From Neodothiora populina (lineage: Eukaryota): a DNA stretch of 64,000 bases. Both the position numbers and the translations under genes were made by a program. Positions 13,182-26,981 of the stretch are shown piece after piece. The stretch's first letter is position 1. Each line of letters begins with the position of its first letter. The notes below the pieces were generated by a model that did no database searches, was not told the DNA's origin, and saw only the letters and a program-made list of their open reading frames with translations. The DNA lies in NCBI RefSeq assembly GCF_041146345.1, contig NW_027191404.1:1116001-1180000 (forward strand). Direction: 5' to 3'.

Positions 13182-13769
13182 ATGAAGCATAGAGTACAAA
13201 GACGTTCAAAGGGCCCATCGGCTCCAGTCCGCAAGACAAACAGGCGCGAATTGACCGCATTCAAACGAGGCGTTGCCTTTGTCGCGGTCCACTATGGAGC
13301 TTCTCAGAAGGAAGTTGCGCAGAGTCTGAACGTGACACACACGACGATATCCATGTTGATCGCGCGAACGAAGAAACGCATGGAGGCGACGGGATTGAAC
13401 ATGTATCAGGAGGAGCTGTACCGTTCCGACAACGACCGTCGCAAGCGTCCGGAAGTCTTGACTGATGCCCATTAGGATATGATCGAGTCGGCCATCACGG
13501 CGGATGAAGCCAGTAGCGTGACCCAGTCGCGCATGATTGCCGCTTCTCTGCCTCCGAAATTCCCCAAGGTCTCCGTTTCTACGATTGAATGTGCTCTCTA
13601 TGAGCGTGGTTATCGTCGTTATAAGGGCCATTGGTCAAAGCCTGAGCAGGATTTCGGTCACAAGAAAAGGGATACAAGTCCGTCTGGCGTCGAGCCTGAT
13701 CATCTCCGCGAACAGACGCCTGAAGAGAGACCTGAAGAGAGGCCTGATTTGGAAGAATACTATTTCTGA
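13182..13769 (+). pseudogene. Tc1/mariner-like paired HTH DNA-binding ORF with one in-frame TAG (13473-13475); no DDE domain
   Basis: Two same-frame ORFs separated by a single TAG. RRELTAFKRG...SQKEVAQSLNVTHTTIS (HTH1), a RKRPEVLT (GRP-like) linker and VSVSTIECALYERGY (HTH2) resemble Tc1 N-termini. No TIRs recognised. Confidence 0.6.
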
Positions 13770-13958
13770 ATGACTATGCTACGATGACTTGCGCGAAGTG
13801 TATGGAAAAATATTTTTTCTTTCTTTCATCGTGCCCCTGTTTGTATCTCTAGTATGGCTCTGTGTATGCTGAGTTGTGTTTCAGGAGCTGCATCACTTAA
13901 ATGTACTGCCAGCGGTCTCCTTCCCGCTATATATCATCGTCGTCTAGGTGCAGCAGCC

Positions 13959-15310
13959 TCAAGTGAATTGCCTACCCGTGACATTAGCCGCGTCTGAACT
14001 TGGGTTTGCGGCACCTTCATGCGCACTCCTTATGTTCATCGCATCGAGCTTGTCCAGGGGCAGCTTCAAAAAGTCCTTTTTGTTGTTCCAATGCACCTGA
14101 CTCTCGACCTGTTCGGGCCATTTCTCGGGTGGTGGGGGAGGATCGGTGATCTTAGTGATGAGGAAAGCCGTCGATGCCTCTGCGATGCCGTAAATCAGTA
14201 CTCCCAACAAGGGGATCTTGAGGAAGACGTAGAAGCCGACGCCGAATCCGAAAAGTACACCCTCGCGCTCACGAAACCAAGCGGCCTTTTGAGCTTTGCC
14301 ATAGCGGACACGTGAAAAGTATGGTTCGAGCTGCGAAAGGACAGTCGATCAGCGAAACTTCCAAGAATGAGATGATGCAGCATGCTATAATCCACTCACC
14401 AGCTCTCTCATCAAACTTCTTGACGCAAAGTAGCTCTGCAGGAAGTGCACGAGATATCGCTTCGGCAGAAAAATGCCACTCCCGAAAATGACGACGGCGG
14501 GAAGCGGCCCTACGGCCTTGTTGAACGTATAGAAGGATGCCGCAGGTAGAATGAAGCGGCCGACATATGGCAAGTATGATGCAAAGTATACGGCTAGAGA
14601 GATACCAGCTTTGCGAGCGAATCTCATGGCGAACTTGTATCCCGCCTCTTTGGGTGTCTTGTTCTGGGATGTGGCACCGTGAGTGGGGTACGTCTTCAGA
14701 TTAGGATAGTACATGTCGCGTAATTGACTGGGGTCGTCCTTCTTGTGCTTCGCAACATAGGTCCGATCAACCCAGCGTAGTGACTCCATGAACCTGCGAG
14801 CAGAGTGTCAGTGTCGAAAGGGATGCACGCAGCCGATGGCATACTGACATGTTGTCCAGAGTCGGACTGACGTATCTGAAGAAGCTCATGAGGAAGAAAG
14901 GTATCTGGAGCACCGAATGCTCGATGAACTCGACGCCTTCGAGTATCTCATTGTCCCAGTGGCTACTCTTGAGGTCTGTGAAGAGGCCAACGAATGCAAT
15001 GAGAATTCGAACGCCCAGAGTCTACGCCATCCATCAGCAGCGAGCTCTATGCATTGCTGCAAAATATGCCAAGGCAGATACCTACAGGAATGGCCACAAG
15101 CACACGAATGGCAATGCCAGCAGCTACAGCAAGTGCGGCTTGTCTGTAGTGATCAGAAGTGAAGAGTCCTGGATTCTGCAAGGCTCGATAAGCTACTGAG
15201 TGTCAGCACATGTGATACACACTATACGCAAAACAATCCAAGGTCGACATACCACCAACTACTGTCAATTGCGCTCCACGCAGGATGGCATTGGGGTCGA
15301 AATTCGACAT
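13959..15310 (-). CDS. usgS: Transmembrane protein UsgS (multi-exon)
   Basis: MSNFDPNAILRGAQLTVVG...ALQNPGLFTSDHYRQAALAVAAG...FMESLRWVDRTY...FASRSLMREL...LIYGIAEASTAFLITKITDPPPPP. Lies directly upstream of formamidase on the same strand, as in Aspergillus nidulans. Confidence 0.85.
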
Positions 15311-16129
15311 TGTGCCAGCTCCCTGATTGTGTAGTCGGCAAGGTGTGATCTCGAAGATCGATCTACAAGTATTTGTTCGACCTAGGAGAGAGGCACAGAT
15401 TGGACCACTCAAGATTGCAAATAATATGAGAGTTGAACCGTGTTCCTGAGTTCAATTAATTATTACCTACTTTGTCAACTTACTTCGGAGTAATCCATTC
15501 TCGGTGTAATGACGTCAAATGTCAATGTCGGGAAGTCATAAACAAAGGTCCGAATTCCGACTTCCGGATTCGAGTCAGGTTCTCAATATATCTCCCAGCA
15601 CCGTGACAATGTATGCTACTGTGAAATGCAAAGTACGCAAACTGCACAGCTGCAATGCACAATCATGCACTGGGGGGGAGTAATAATCTGTCGACAACAG
15701 TACAATACAGTACAAGTCAGGAGCAAGACTAGTACCGTCGAGCCCTCGGCTACTCCCCAGCATCTCGCACCCGATATAGGGTCTCGGTAAGGTCCTGCTT
15801 ATACTTGTGTATAGAGCTAACCCGCAATCCACCGAACTATCCCGCATCTATGGCGGTACACTTCCGTCTCGGAAGCATCTCGCGGCAGTCCACCGCGCTC
15901 GCAGTGTAGGCAAACCATGATAATAGGTATGGCATGCGGTCAAGAGATCGGATATAGGTACTAGTCCACTTCCCGAGCTCTCTCTCTCTCTCTCCACTCT
16001 TATTCAGTGTTGCAACTTTTCTCTTTCTCTCGTCCTTTTCCTCGTGTCATCCTGGTTGTTGTCGCTGTCCTGGTTTTGTTTATTTCCTGAAATTGTTCGA
16101 CCCTAGCTCCGAATCCACAGTAGTCCAAG

Positions 16130-17796
16130 ATGCCTTCAATCACACTCGCTGCGCGGACTGCCGCTCATGTGGCACGCAATGGCACAAGCGTGAGTCTTCA
16201 TTTGGTTCAGATGTCTACATAGTATCACTAACACATTACATCAGCCTTTCAGCCTCGCTCGCGCTTTCTCCGCCTCAGCTAGAAGAAGAGAGATCAACAA
16301 GGTCTTGCCTTCGGCTGCCGAAGCGATCAAGGACATGAAGAGCGACAGCACCCTTCTATGTGGTGGCTTTGGTCTCTGTGGTGTTCCAGACACACTGATC
16401 AATGAGGTCGTGAAGAACCCACAACTCAAGGGCATCACTGCTGTCTCAAATAATGCTGGTGTTGTCGGATCAGGTTTGGGTTTGTTGTTGGCATCGAAGC
16501 AGATCAAGAAGATGATCGCTTCGTACGTCGGCGAGAACAAGCTGTTCGAGAACATGTATCTCAAGGGAGAGATTGAGCTGGAATTGACCCCCCAAGGTAC
16601 CCTTGCAGAGCGCTGCAGAGCAGGTGGCGCAGGCATCCCTGCTTTCTACACCCCGGCTGCCGTCGGAACCGTCGTGCAGACTGGTGAGCTTCCTCTCAAG
16701 CACAACGCGGATGGTTCAGTGCAACAATACTCGGTTGCAAGAGACGTCAAGGTCTTCGACGGCAAGGCCTACGTGATGGAGGAGTCCATCAAGGCCGACT
16801 ATGCCTTCATCAAGGCCTGGAAGGCAGACAGACTGGGTAACGTCCAGTTCCGCTTCGCCGCTCAGAACTTCAACGGCGCAATGGCTCGCAATGCCAAGAT
16901 GACCATTGTGGAAGCCGAGAACATTGTCGAGCCTGGCGACATTGACCCAGTCGCTGTGCACGTGCCCGGAATCTACGTCAACAGGGTCATCCAGAGCACC
17001 ACCGAGAAGCAGATCGAGAAGGTGGTCAACTCGAAGACCCCCGAGGAGATGAAGGCAGGCGCACTCGGAACCGGTGCAACAGCTAGCAAGCGTGAGAGAA
17101 TCGTCAAGCGCGCAGCAAAGGAGTTCAAGAACGGCATGTATGCCAACTTGGGTATTGGCATGCCTATGGTAATTATCTTTGACACTCTACCTCTAATCGA
17201 ATATGTGCTAACTCTGCTCCTAGCTTGCACCTACCTTTGTCGATCCCTCCGTCGAGGTTCAACTGCAATCCGAGAACGGCATCTTGGGTCTCGGACCTTA
17301 CCCAGCCAAGGGCCTCGAGGACGCAGATCTCATCAATGCAGGCAAGGAGACAGTGACGCTCCAGAAGGGTGCTGCTTGCTTTGGATCTGACGAGTCATTC
17401 GCCATGATCAGAGGAGGCAAGATTGACTTGACCATCCTCGGTGCCATGCAAGTCAGCGCCAAGGGTGATCTCGCCAACTGGATGCTTCCTGGAAAGATAA
17501 AGGGCTTCGGTGGAGCCATGGACCTTGTGTCCAACCCCTCGGCCACCAAGGTCGTTGTCACTATGGAGCACACGGACAAGAAGGGCAACCCCAAGATCTT
17601 GAAGCAATGCGAGTTTCCATTGACCGGTAGGGCTTGCGTCTCGAGAATCATCACCGAGCTCGCTGTGTTCGATGTCGACTTCACCAACGGCCTCACTCTC
17701 ATCGAGCACGCCGAGGGTGTGACTGTCGATGAGATCAAGTCCAAGACCGAGGCTCCCTTCGTTGTCTCATCAGACCTCAAGGTCATGCAGCAATGA
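16130..17796 (+). CDS. Succinyl-CoA:3-ketoacid CoA transferase (mitochondrial SCOT)
   Basis: ATG 16130 with a presequence-like N-terminus. Introns 16190-16244 and 17169-17223. Motifs [34 protein letters not shown]. Confidence 0.96.
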
Positions 17797-18585
17797 GTAT
17801 GTGAAATGTTACGCAGATCTTAGGAGCATGGAAATGTAGCGGGAAAGAAAAGGCCCTGTGTAAATATCACTAAACATGTTTGTGGCGTTTGAAAGCCGCC
17901 AATACCACATCTGGGGGCGTTTGTATATGACTTGTCGTTTTATCTCTTGAATGAACATTGTTTATACCACGAATCAATCATCAGCAATTGCAATCAGGAC
18001 AGAACCGTCTCTCGTACCACCGTGTGTCCGCCCCCTAGCATGCCCATGTTATGTCTTTTGCAGGCATGTACCCATGACGCACAGCGAGCCTTATCGTGAA
18101 GCCAACCGTCCCATTGGGCGACGCGAAACCCCCTCCCTCAAACGAAAGCCAGCGCACACGTTTCATGCATCCTGCTTGCATCCTGAAAACTCCTTGGCTG
18201 CAACGCGGACGTTGCACAAGAACTAGGCAATCACGGAACGACTTTTGTGCTGTTATCATCCTCGAATAGGAGTTTCCAGGCGTCGACTGTTGACGCCATG
18301 GATACCTTCTTTTCCCTTGCCTGCGATGTCTCGTCTCTTCTGCGTTATCTTCTGTTGTCTTGAGTTTCGATAGCCCGTTCTGCACCTTAAGTGGCAGATC
18401 AAGACAATGTTGTTGGGTCTTTCTTGATAGAGTATAGTAAAGACATAAAATGAGTGGTAGGTCATGTTGAGCTACGCAACAATGGGGCAATATCTTGACC
18501 TTCCACGTTCAGCCTCGATAATCATAAGACCGACACACAACTTTCAAGCACCACACAGCCGGCACTAAGCTTATCTACAATTAAT

Positions 18586-20651
18586 ATGAGTGTAAGCGAT
18601 TCAATGTAAACCGAAGGTCTACTGCCATTGATTTGAACGATTCTGAGGCTCACGTTCCAAAGCCTGCAAAGCAAACGGACAAAACAGATCGGAAAGGCCG
18701 ATCAAGTAGACTTACCACGAATGCGTTCAGCACCGCGGCAAAGAAGCTTCCCAAGGACGCTCGACATGGTTCCTCTCGAAAAGCTCAATATGCCACTAAC
18801 TCGACCATCATTTTTGGAGGCTGCAGCGATACAGAACACCTAACAGGTCACGACACCAGCGACAGCGTTGCGCATAGTGAGATACTGACTCACCTGGGTA
18901 TAAATGGTCCGGATGAGCCGTCGCTCGCCTCTGCATCAGCACCGAAATCAGACGACAATAACGCTACATTGACCCAAGCATCATACTACAATTTGAGTAA
19001 TGACATACCATCGGATGACCATGAGAACCAAGTCGACAAGGGATCATCAGGGCTGCAGCCGCTCAAAGCCTCTGTTAAAGACGATGAACAGCCCTCGGAG
19101 CATGGCGTTCGTAATGAAAACCCCGAGCGCCAATCAGCATCTCCAACTTCGAGCATGGGGAGTGCTTTAAGCCCATTGAATGAATGGGAAACTCCATCGT
19201 CGAGGTTAAATGAACCTTTCCCTGACCTCCAAGGCCATACAGCCAGTAACCCTGTGACTCACAAGCAGAGCGAAGTAACAGACAATCATTGTGGCAGCGC
19301 GGAGAATGGAAATATAAGCCCTCAAAAGATCCTACAGGGTGCAAAGCCAAGGTCATTCAACTCGAATGAAGCAAGTAGAGAGAAGGAGTACACTGGGGAG
19401 GCGTACCACGCGCACAGTCGTGAGGACCATGCAAGCCACCGTTTGCAAACACAAGAAGAGGCCGTCCGTAATTATATCTTGGATCCTCAGTACGCGCAAC
19501 GACCTTGGAATGGTGGTCAAGTGCGGGCATCCGGCCTTCACGGGTATAGCCAACAGTCAGAATACCAATCGCGGGCTATCGAGGGTGGCGTATTAGCTCT
19601 GCCACCACCCAGTCAACATGCCTTCACTGCGTCTCAGATACCCCCAGGTCAAAGTCCAAAGGCGGAAGTCCCCGAGCCGCCAGATTTGAGTCGGACGACT
19701 TTGGCTGGATATGAGCTGCTTGCATCACAGTTGACGGATGCACATAGTACAATTCGCCCATTGTATCGTAGATTCGAGACCTTGCACCACCGCATTCTTC
19801 TACACATCCAGGACGAGTTGTGTGAACTGGAAGGAAATTTACGACGTTTTGACGAAATGATAGCGCAGATGAGACCGCGAGACGAGGGAGGCTTTCCGTT
19901 GCCAGCGTCTCGGAGAGCGGAGACGCATCACGGTGGTGAGCTGTATCAGGGGCGAACACAGCTATTGGGTCAGATATTCTTGAAGGCAGATCAGTACCGT
20001 AAGTTCCCTCGACTGGCGACGTAGCTCGAAATTTTTTCGTCCAGGACCGCCGACATTTCGGACGCTTCAAGATCGACCGGCTGACATTCCCGCGATTACA
20101 GACAAAGCCATGTCGGCATACACCAGTATGGTTGGCAGCACGGAACAAGCAAGCCAGGAAGACATAAAGCATTACCGTACTTGGATGGCGATGAATCGTC
20201 CCGTGCATCAGACTGAAGGAGCTTTCCTGGATGAGGGCAAAGATCTGGTGGCTCTTCCACAACGAACCAAATCGAGCTCGCGAGCTGCGCAGCTGTCAAT
20301 AGCGTCGCTTGCTTTTCTCCCATTCCTGACATTAGGTGAAGGCACATATATGATACCCAACAAGAGGAAATGCAGGCTTACGAATCAAGCAGTGGCGTTC
20401 ACCCTAGTGCCCACGTTCCTGGGCCGGATTGTTGTGACTGCAGCTATCACCGGCTACAGTTGGATGTTCGTAGCTAGCAATGAGACAAGACTCCCCTTAC
20501 GGGACCACGATTGGACTATCGCAATTGTGGCGTGAGTTAACATGTCATTTGCATCGATACTTCGAGCATTGATAATATTGTTTGGCAAGAGCTGACCAGA
20601 CAACATAGTTATCTTGTGCTCATGACTATCATTGCCGGCATTGTACAATGA
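18586..20651 (+). CDS. DUF6594-type protein (disordered N-terminus, C-terminal TM helices)
   Basis: LAGYELLASQL...PLYRRFETLHHRILLHIQDELCELE and a hydrophobic C-terminus. Inferred micro-exon ATGAGT plus intron 18592-18662, and further introns starting near 19999, 20336 and 20532. Terminal exons are tentative. Confidence 0.7.
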
Positions 20652-21863
20652 CAAGCGAGAAAGCGCGAACGGATATTGTTCTCTTTAGGGGTCCCTCGGC
20701 TCTGAGGCGAAGCGATGTTCAAATGGGACTCACAAGATATATCGAATATATATGATAGCGGTTTCAGAGTCTCACCCCCATAGATTCAGTCATGCAAGAA
20801 AGCGCCCTAGTGTAGCAGCTGTGCTCAGGTGGCCCAAGACATGGTTGCGGCTCACAAAGTCGAGATACCGTACGACGACCAGGACCATTGACGGAGACTC
20901 GCGAGGCAATCAGAGTAAGAGTTTAGAATATCAGACGGCAACAGCGTCTCGATGTCGCTTGTTTCATCTTTCAGGCATCTCTGCCATACGGATGAGCGTG
21001 CTTCTTCATAATGATTTTCCCCTGGTGCTGCACGCAGCTGTATGCATGGACCACACAGGGATCAGGGCAACTATAAATAAGGACCTAGAAGATCTACAGT
21101 GCCGAGCGTGACGCCGGGGGACAGTGCATCTCGCAATTTGTCGCACATGCGGATGATGCTATCGGGTGCGCTACCTGGGGCCTATAGCCGCACATCAAGA
21201 CAGAGAGGACGAAGTGGAAAGGATTGTCTCTTTAGCTCGCCATGGGAGTAGACTTAATTTGCGTCGGCTTGCAATACTGGAAGAGGTCCATCTCGGCAAA
21301 GGGGGGATTGTCCTTGTCCCGTATCTGGCGTACCTGGCGTACCTTGGTTGTACTGTATAGGGCAATACACTATGACTCCACTTCCGAATTCGCGATCGTG
21401 GAATCTACTAACGAAGCGATGGATAGTGGCGAGAGCGGTACACATTGGATTGCGCCGTAAAGTACCAGAGTACACAGATGATGGCACGAGTGAATCAGCA
21501 ACGCTGCTTTTACAAACCGCTGCATCGACGAGATGCACGAGTGGGGAAAATAGCAGCTCGGACAAGGTCCTGGTCGATGTGTAAATTAATGGAGCACTGT
21601 AGGGTTTCTATCTGTACCGAAGTGTGAGAGGACCCTGGTGGACCAAAGAACGCTTTCCACGCATCGGTACAGTACCTTGCGGTACATCGCAGCAGCGTCT
21701 GTCCCAAGTATCCACCCCTTTTGACTCGAAGCGGTGGTTCAGCGTATCCTTTCCGGCTTGGGCCAAAGTTTAGTGTATGCACGATAGATGCACCAGCTAA
21801 CTCTGCCCCTCTAGAGAGCTGAAACATTCCCCTAAAACACGTTTTCCCTCTGCAGCGCCCTCA

Positions 21864-21876
21864 CCCCCCCCCCCCC
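21864..21876 (+). repeat. Poly-C run (13 nt)
   Basis: Seen directly, upstream of the RasGAP gene. Confidence 0.9.
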
Positions 21877-22593
21877 AGTCTAATGGTAAGGTAGGGTACT
21901 GTACTGTACATGGTACTTGTACATTCCTTGCACTCCACTCCCCTTTAACTCCACATTTGACAATTTACAAAGTGGCATTAGCAGTTAATTTTGGCTGTGG
22001 TATGCCACGATTGACAAGCTCTCACCGTTCTACTCTCTGACACGGCGCCTTGCATTGCTTCACCTTGTCTTTATCCCAACTTTTTTTTAACTCTTTTCAA
22101 AACTTTTTGCCTTTGCCTGTGCCTTGCCTTCACGGCTGCTGCTCATCACTGCGCGCTCCCGTGCTCCCGAAAGATACCCGCGCACCACCCGCGCGATTCG
22201 TCACAGCACTCTTCGTTTTGTGTTTTTCTCCCACATCTGAGCTCTTGCACGGTGCTGTATCTTGCTCTTAGTCGTCTTTGAATCTCAGGCCCTCTCCGCT
22301 GCCCGAATCTGGCCATCGCACATCACAGGAATCGCAAGTCGCACATCGCACCTCACCCATCGTCTCTCATCTCGCGTAAGCTAGCCTGTGCACGCCTCTG
22401 TACAACCCTACGCAATAACAACGCCTAGTGTGGTGCCTGTCTGTCTGAACAAACATAATCGCCAACCTTTGGCTTTTCTGTGTGATTGCAACCTTTGTTC
22501 CGGAAGTGCAGCCTGGCGCTTTCCGATAGGACTTCCAAGGACACGCGATCATACTCGTATCTGGAGCACTAATCTCCCCAAGTCCTTGGGTTC

Positions 22594-25181
22594 ATGTCGG
22601 TCGCAACACTGCATGCTCCCTCCAGAGCCTCGACGTCCTCTTCATCTTCCTATCTCCCAATGATGGCCCGCCAGAACACCACCCGGTCGTCTCACGATGG
22701 CTCGAGATCCACGCGCACATCGAAGCGCTACTCTGTCACTGCGCTCTACCTCTCTATGAATGCAAACTCGAGAGAACTAGAAATTGAGGACGACCTTGCC
22801 CGCGGTATGCTCCATTGCTCCTCCAACCTGGCCCAGTACTAGTACTGACAGTCCATGCAGCACAGAAGATATTGCGCGAACTGAAAGCGAAGATCTCTTC
22901 ACAATCGAAGAAGAACTTCGTGCTAGAAAAGGATGTCAGATACCTGGATTCTCGCATAGCACTGTTGGTGCAGAACCGTATGGCTCTTGAAGAGGTACGA
23001 CCCACGGCATCTGACTGCGAGTGTTTCCATTGACGATACTATAGCGCAATGAGGTCGCCGATCATCTTGACGACACCGCAGAACTCGACGAGGGCACTTT
23101 CCCCAACGATGACAAAACACAAACATATGGCAATCTGCTCTTCCTCTTACAGTCCGAACCCAAGCACATCGCTCACTTGTGCCGACTTGTGACCATGGCC
23201 GAGATCGATCAATTATTACAGACTGTCATGTTTACAATTTACGGAAACCAGTACGAGAGTCGCGAAGAGCATCTTCTGCTCACCATGTTCCAGGTACATG
23301 ACTTTCTTTGAGCGCTGATTTTATGGTATTTGTTCTCGTATGCTAATTAGTGCGTGTAACGACAGTCTGTCTTGACCCACCAATTCGATAATACGGCTGA
23401 CTACTCCTCTTTGCTCCGCGCCAACACTCCAGTATCTCGCATGATGACAACATACACTAGAAGAGGACCCGGTCAGGGATATCTGAAGACTGTGCTCTCT
23501 GACCAGATCAACTATGTTACTTCGCAATTGAAAGAAAACGATCTCGAGATCAACCCGCTCAAGGTATACGAGGCCTTGATGAACGATCAAGGCTCGTCAC
23601 GAGGTTCCATACACGGAATGCCAATAAGTGTCACAGCCGAAGAAGCAGCAGAGAACCCCAAAGTACAGGCTGTGATTGGACAGAGAGTTGGTCTGCTGAT
23701 GCGTGTTGCCAACACCTTCCTCGACACCATCATCAATGGCTTGGAGGAGACTCCGTATGGCATCAGATGGATCTGCAAGCAGATCCGAAGTCTGTCGAAA
23801 AGGAAATATCCCGATGCTCAGGACCAGACGATATGCACCCTCATCGGAGGCTTCTTTTTCCTTCGTTTCATCAACCCCGCCATCGTCACGCCCCGATCAT
23901 ACATGCTCATCGAGCAAGTTCCGGCCGATAACCCAAAACGCACATTGACATATATTGCCAAAATGCTTCAGAACTTGGCGAATAAGCCTTCGTATGCCAA
24001 AGAGCCTTACATGGCCGTTTTACAGCCCTTCATTCAGCAGAACAAGGACCGTATGAACAAGTTCTTGCTCGATTTGTGCGAGGTGCAGGACTTTTACGAA
24101 ACGCTCGAGATGGACAACTATGTGGCTTTGTCGAAGAAGGATCTGGAATTGTCCATATCGCTTAACGAGGTCTACGCCATGCACGAGCTGCTCGAGAAGC
24201 ATTCGACCGAGTTGACCAAGGATGAGGGCTCGCATCTGAACCAGCTCCTCCAAGAATTAGGCCCTGCCCCGAAGCAGTTGCCCCGCAAAGAGAACCGCGC
24301 CATCAACCTGCCTTTGTATAGCAAGTGGGAGACTGCTCTGGACGACCTGACAGCTGCCCTGGATATCACCCAGGAGGAGGTATTTTTCATGGAGGCGAAG
24401 TCCACCTTTGTCATGATTCTGCGATCCTTGCCAACCAGCGCTGTGGCGACGAGGAGGCCGTTGCGCTTGGAGAGGGTGGCGGAAGCAGCAGCGACTACCA
24501 AGAACGACTCGATCATGGTCCGCAAGGGCATTCGGTGCATTGAGCTTCTGAATCAGCTGAACGAATGGGGGGTCGTGGACAAGGGTGATAATTATGCCTC
24601 GTTGCGGGACGAGGTCGAGCAGGAACTACAACATCTCGGCTCGCTCAAGGAGAAGGTCGTCACAGAGACGGGCAAGCTTGACGAAGTATACCGAACGATA
24701 CGCGACCACAATACATATCTCGTTGGCCAGCTCGAGACGTACAAGTCCTATTTGCACAACGTGCGCGGTCAGTCCGAAGGTACAACGAAGAGGATGCAGA
24801 GCCAGAAGGTACTCGGTCCTTTCAAGTACACGCATACACAACTCGAGAAGGACGGAGTGATTCAGAAGAGCAATGTCCCGCCGAATCGCCAGGCCAACAT
24901 ATACTTCAACATGACCAGCCCGAGTCCTGGAACCTTCATCATTTCACTACACTACAAAGGTAAGCCCATAACGGCGCTACTGATGAGTGGCATGTGGCAT
25001 TGCTAACAAGGGCTTCACAGGTCGCAACCGAGGACTTCTGGAACTCGATCTCAAGCTTGATGATCTGCTCGAGATGCAAAAGGACGGACAGGAAGACCTC
25101 GATCTAGAGTATGTCCAATTCAACGTTTCGAAACTGCTCGTTCACCTGAACAAAAAGTTCGCCAGGAAGCGAGGCTGGTGA
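22594..25181 (+). CDS. gapA: Ras GTPase-activating protein (GapA/Sar1 type, RasGAP plus RasGAP_C)
   Basis: [13 protein letters not shown] arginine finger and [13 protein letters not shown] signature. Introns 22805-22860, 22995-23044, 23294-23365, 24960-25020. Probable 5'-UTR intron from 22376. Confidence 0.93.
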
Positions 25182-26328
25182 AAGCGAAGGAGGGGCTCAG
25201 ATGCAGCCTGAGCCGATGGTGAGAGTGCAGAGACTCGCAGAGGGCGGCGAAAGGGCAAAAGCCTGCTCTGATTTGTTGGGAATATACGTTAATGTCATAT
25301 CATGGTAAAGTGTCAGCTGGGCGTAACGACGGAGCTGGGGCGCTGAGGAGGTTTGTTTTGGTTGGATTCCGAGATACCCCGGGGTTAGGTAATAAGAGAC
25401 ATGCTGAGGTACGGGTGTAGAGAGCTATAGAGTGGAAGGGAGAGGGGCAAGGGGCAGAGAGAGTGAGAGGGCCGGTAGAGATGCTTACATGAGGCGGAGA
25501 GAAGTCTCTGCAACACGGCATGGACTTTCTGCTCTTTCGACTGCAAGGCCTAGGTGGATGGCAACGAACAGACGTGGCGGTGGTAGGCGGGCGGTCTCGT
25601 TCATTCATGAGCAAAACAAAAGGCTGGTCCATTGTATTGCTAATTTAGTTCCTTGAGCGGCGCAAGAAACAGGAGGCAGGCAATCCGGTATTGCGGGAAT
25701 CGGGATGATATCCATGTACAATAGTTATTATTGTGGCTTTTTGAAATGATTACATTGAACAGCAGAGTGAATGGCGTGTCGCATGCAGTGTTAGTGAGTG
25801 CACCTTTTGAAGAACAGGCGATCAAGCAGACAGGATTGCTTTGCAGATGAAGTGATATGTTCTGCAGCTGTCTCCGAGATGCATACTATACCTGATCCAC
25901 CTGTACATCAAATAAGGTAGGGCGCAATAAAGACGCAGTATATTATCGCATATTCAGACCACAAGCTAAGGTATAAAGCACTGATCTGCATGTGGATTGG
26001 TGGTTTGAGGAACGGGGAACCCTGATGGGCAATTGAGTCATGTGGGATTATATTGGTCGAACTAAGGTACCGTAAGGTAGGCAGCACAGCACAGTGGAGA
26101 GGTGCAGGGCAGGGGACCTACATCGTCACCTTCTCGGGCCACATCGGGGGCCAGCCTGTAGTCTCCTCGTACCCGCTTCCAAGTGACAACACCGCCTTAA
26201 ACCGACCACCGCTTCGACCTCAGCCTTGACTCATCGCACCAGAAGTGATTGAGTTGCTCTTTTTTCTCTTTTCCACTCTTCGTTTTTGGACAAGTCAAGT
26301 GTACTACCCCTTCACAAGTGCCCCAGTC

Positions 26329-26981
26329 ATGTCTTCACCAAGAGCGATACCGAAACGCCAGCAGCCGAGACAGCAGAGCAGCGTTGGCGGCGGCTACAAT
26401 TACGGGGCAGGAATGAGTGCGGCTTCCTCGTCGTCGTCCTACTCGGCGTGGGATAAGCCCATGCATAGCTCATCGCCGTCCACACCAACATGCTCGTCGT
26501 CGTCGTCTTCTTCATCCACACCGTCGTCATCCATGGCACTGCCGTCGACTAGCAGATACGCCGAGCGGAGACCGTCGTTGCTGAGTTCGACTTGCCTCGT
26601 GATTGCAGATGGGATCGCGAAAGACTGACAATGCATACAGGCAGCTCTCTCTCCAGATCAGAGTATACAGTGATTAATGTTGGAGGCCCGGACGGACCTC
26701 CGAGACTGGTATGTTGTGCCGCCTGCTCTGTGTCGTATCTCTACAGATGTCTTACATACAACGAACAGATTACGTGCGTCAAGTCGTCTCAAGGATTTGA
26801 CTGGAACCAAGGTATACTCGAATTTATGTCTAAGATATACAGGATTGAGATGAATAACATCTTCACAGACATCTTCTTGCCGTCATACATGGACTACGAA
26901 TCCGACCTCGAGCACCGCCCGGATCCTGTAAGAGAGATTGTCCTGACGGACGAGGAGGCAGCTGCCATATTTCCTCAGTAA
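26329..26981 (+). CDS. Small uncharacterised protein, 159 aa, 4 exons
   Basis: Introns 26585-26640, 26709-26768 and 26812-26868 join into one 480-nt frame: Ser-rich N-terminus, RRPSLL, YTVINVG..PRLITCVKSSQGFDWNQDIFLPSY...VREIVLTDEE. Confidence 0.8.
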
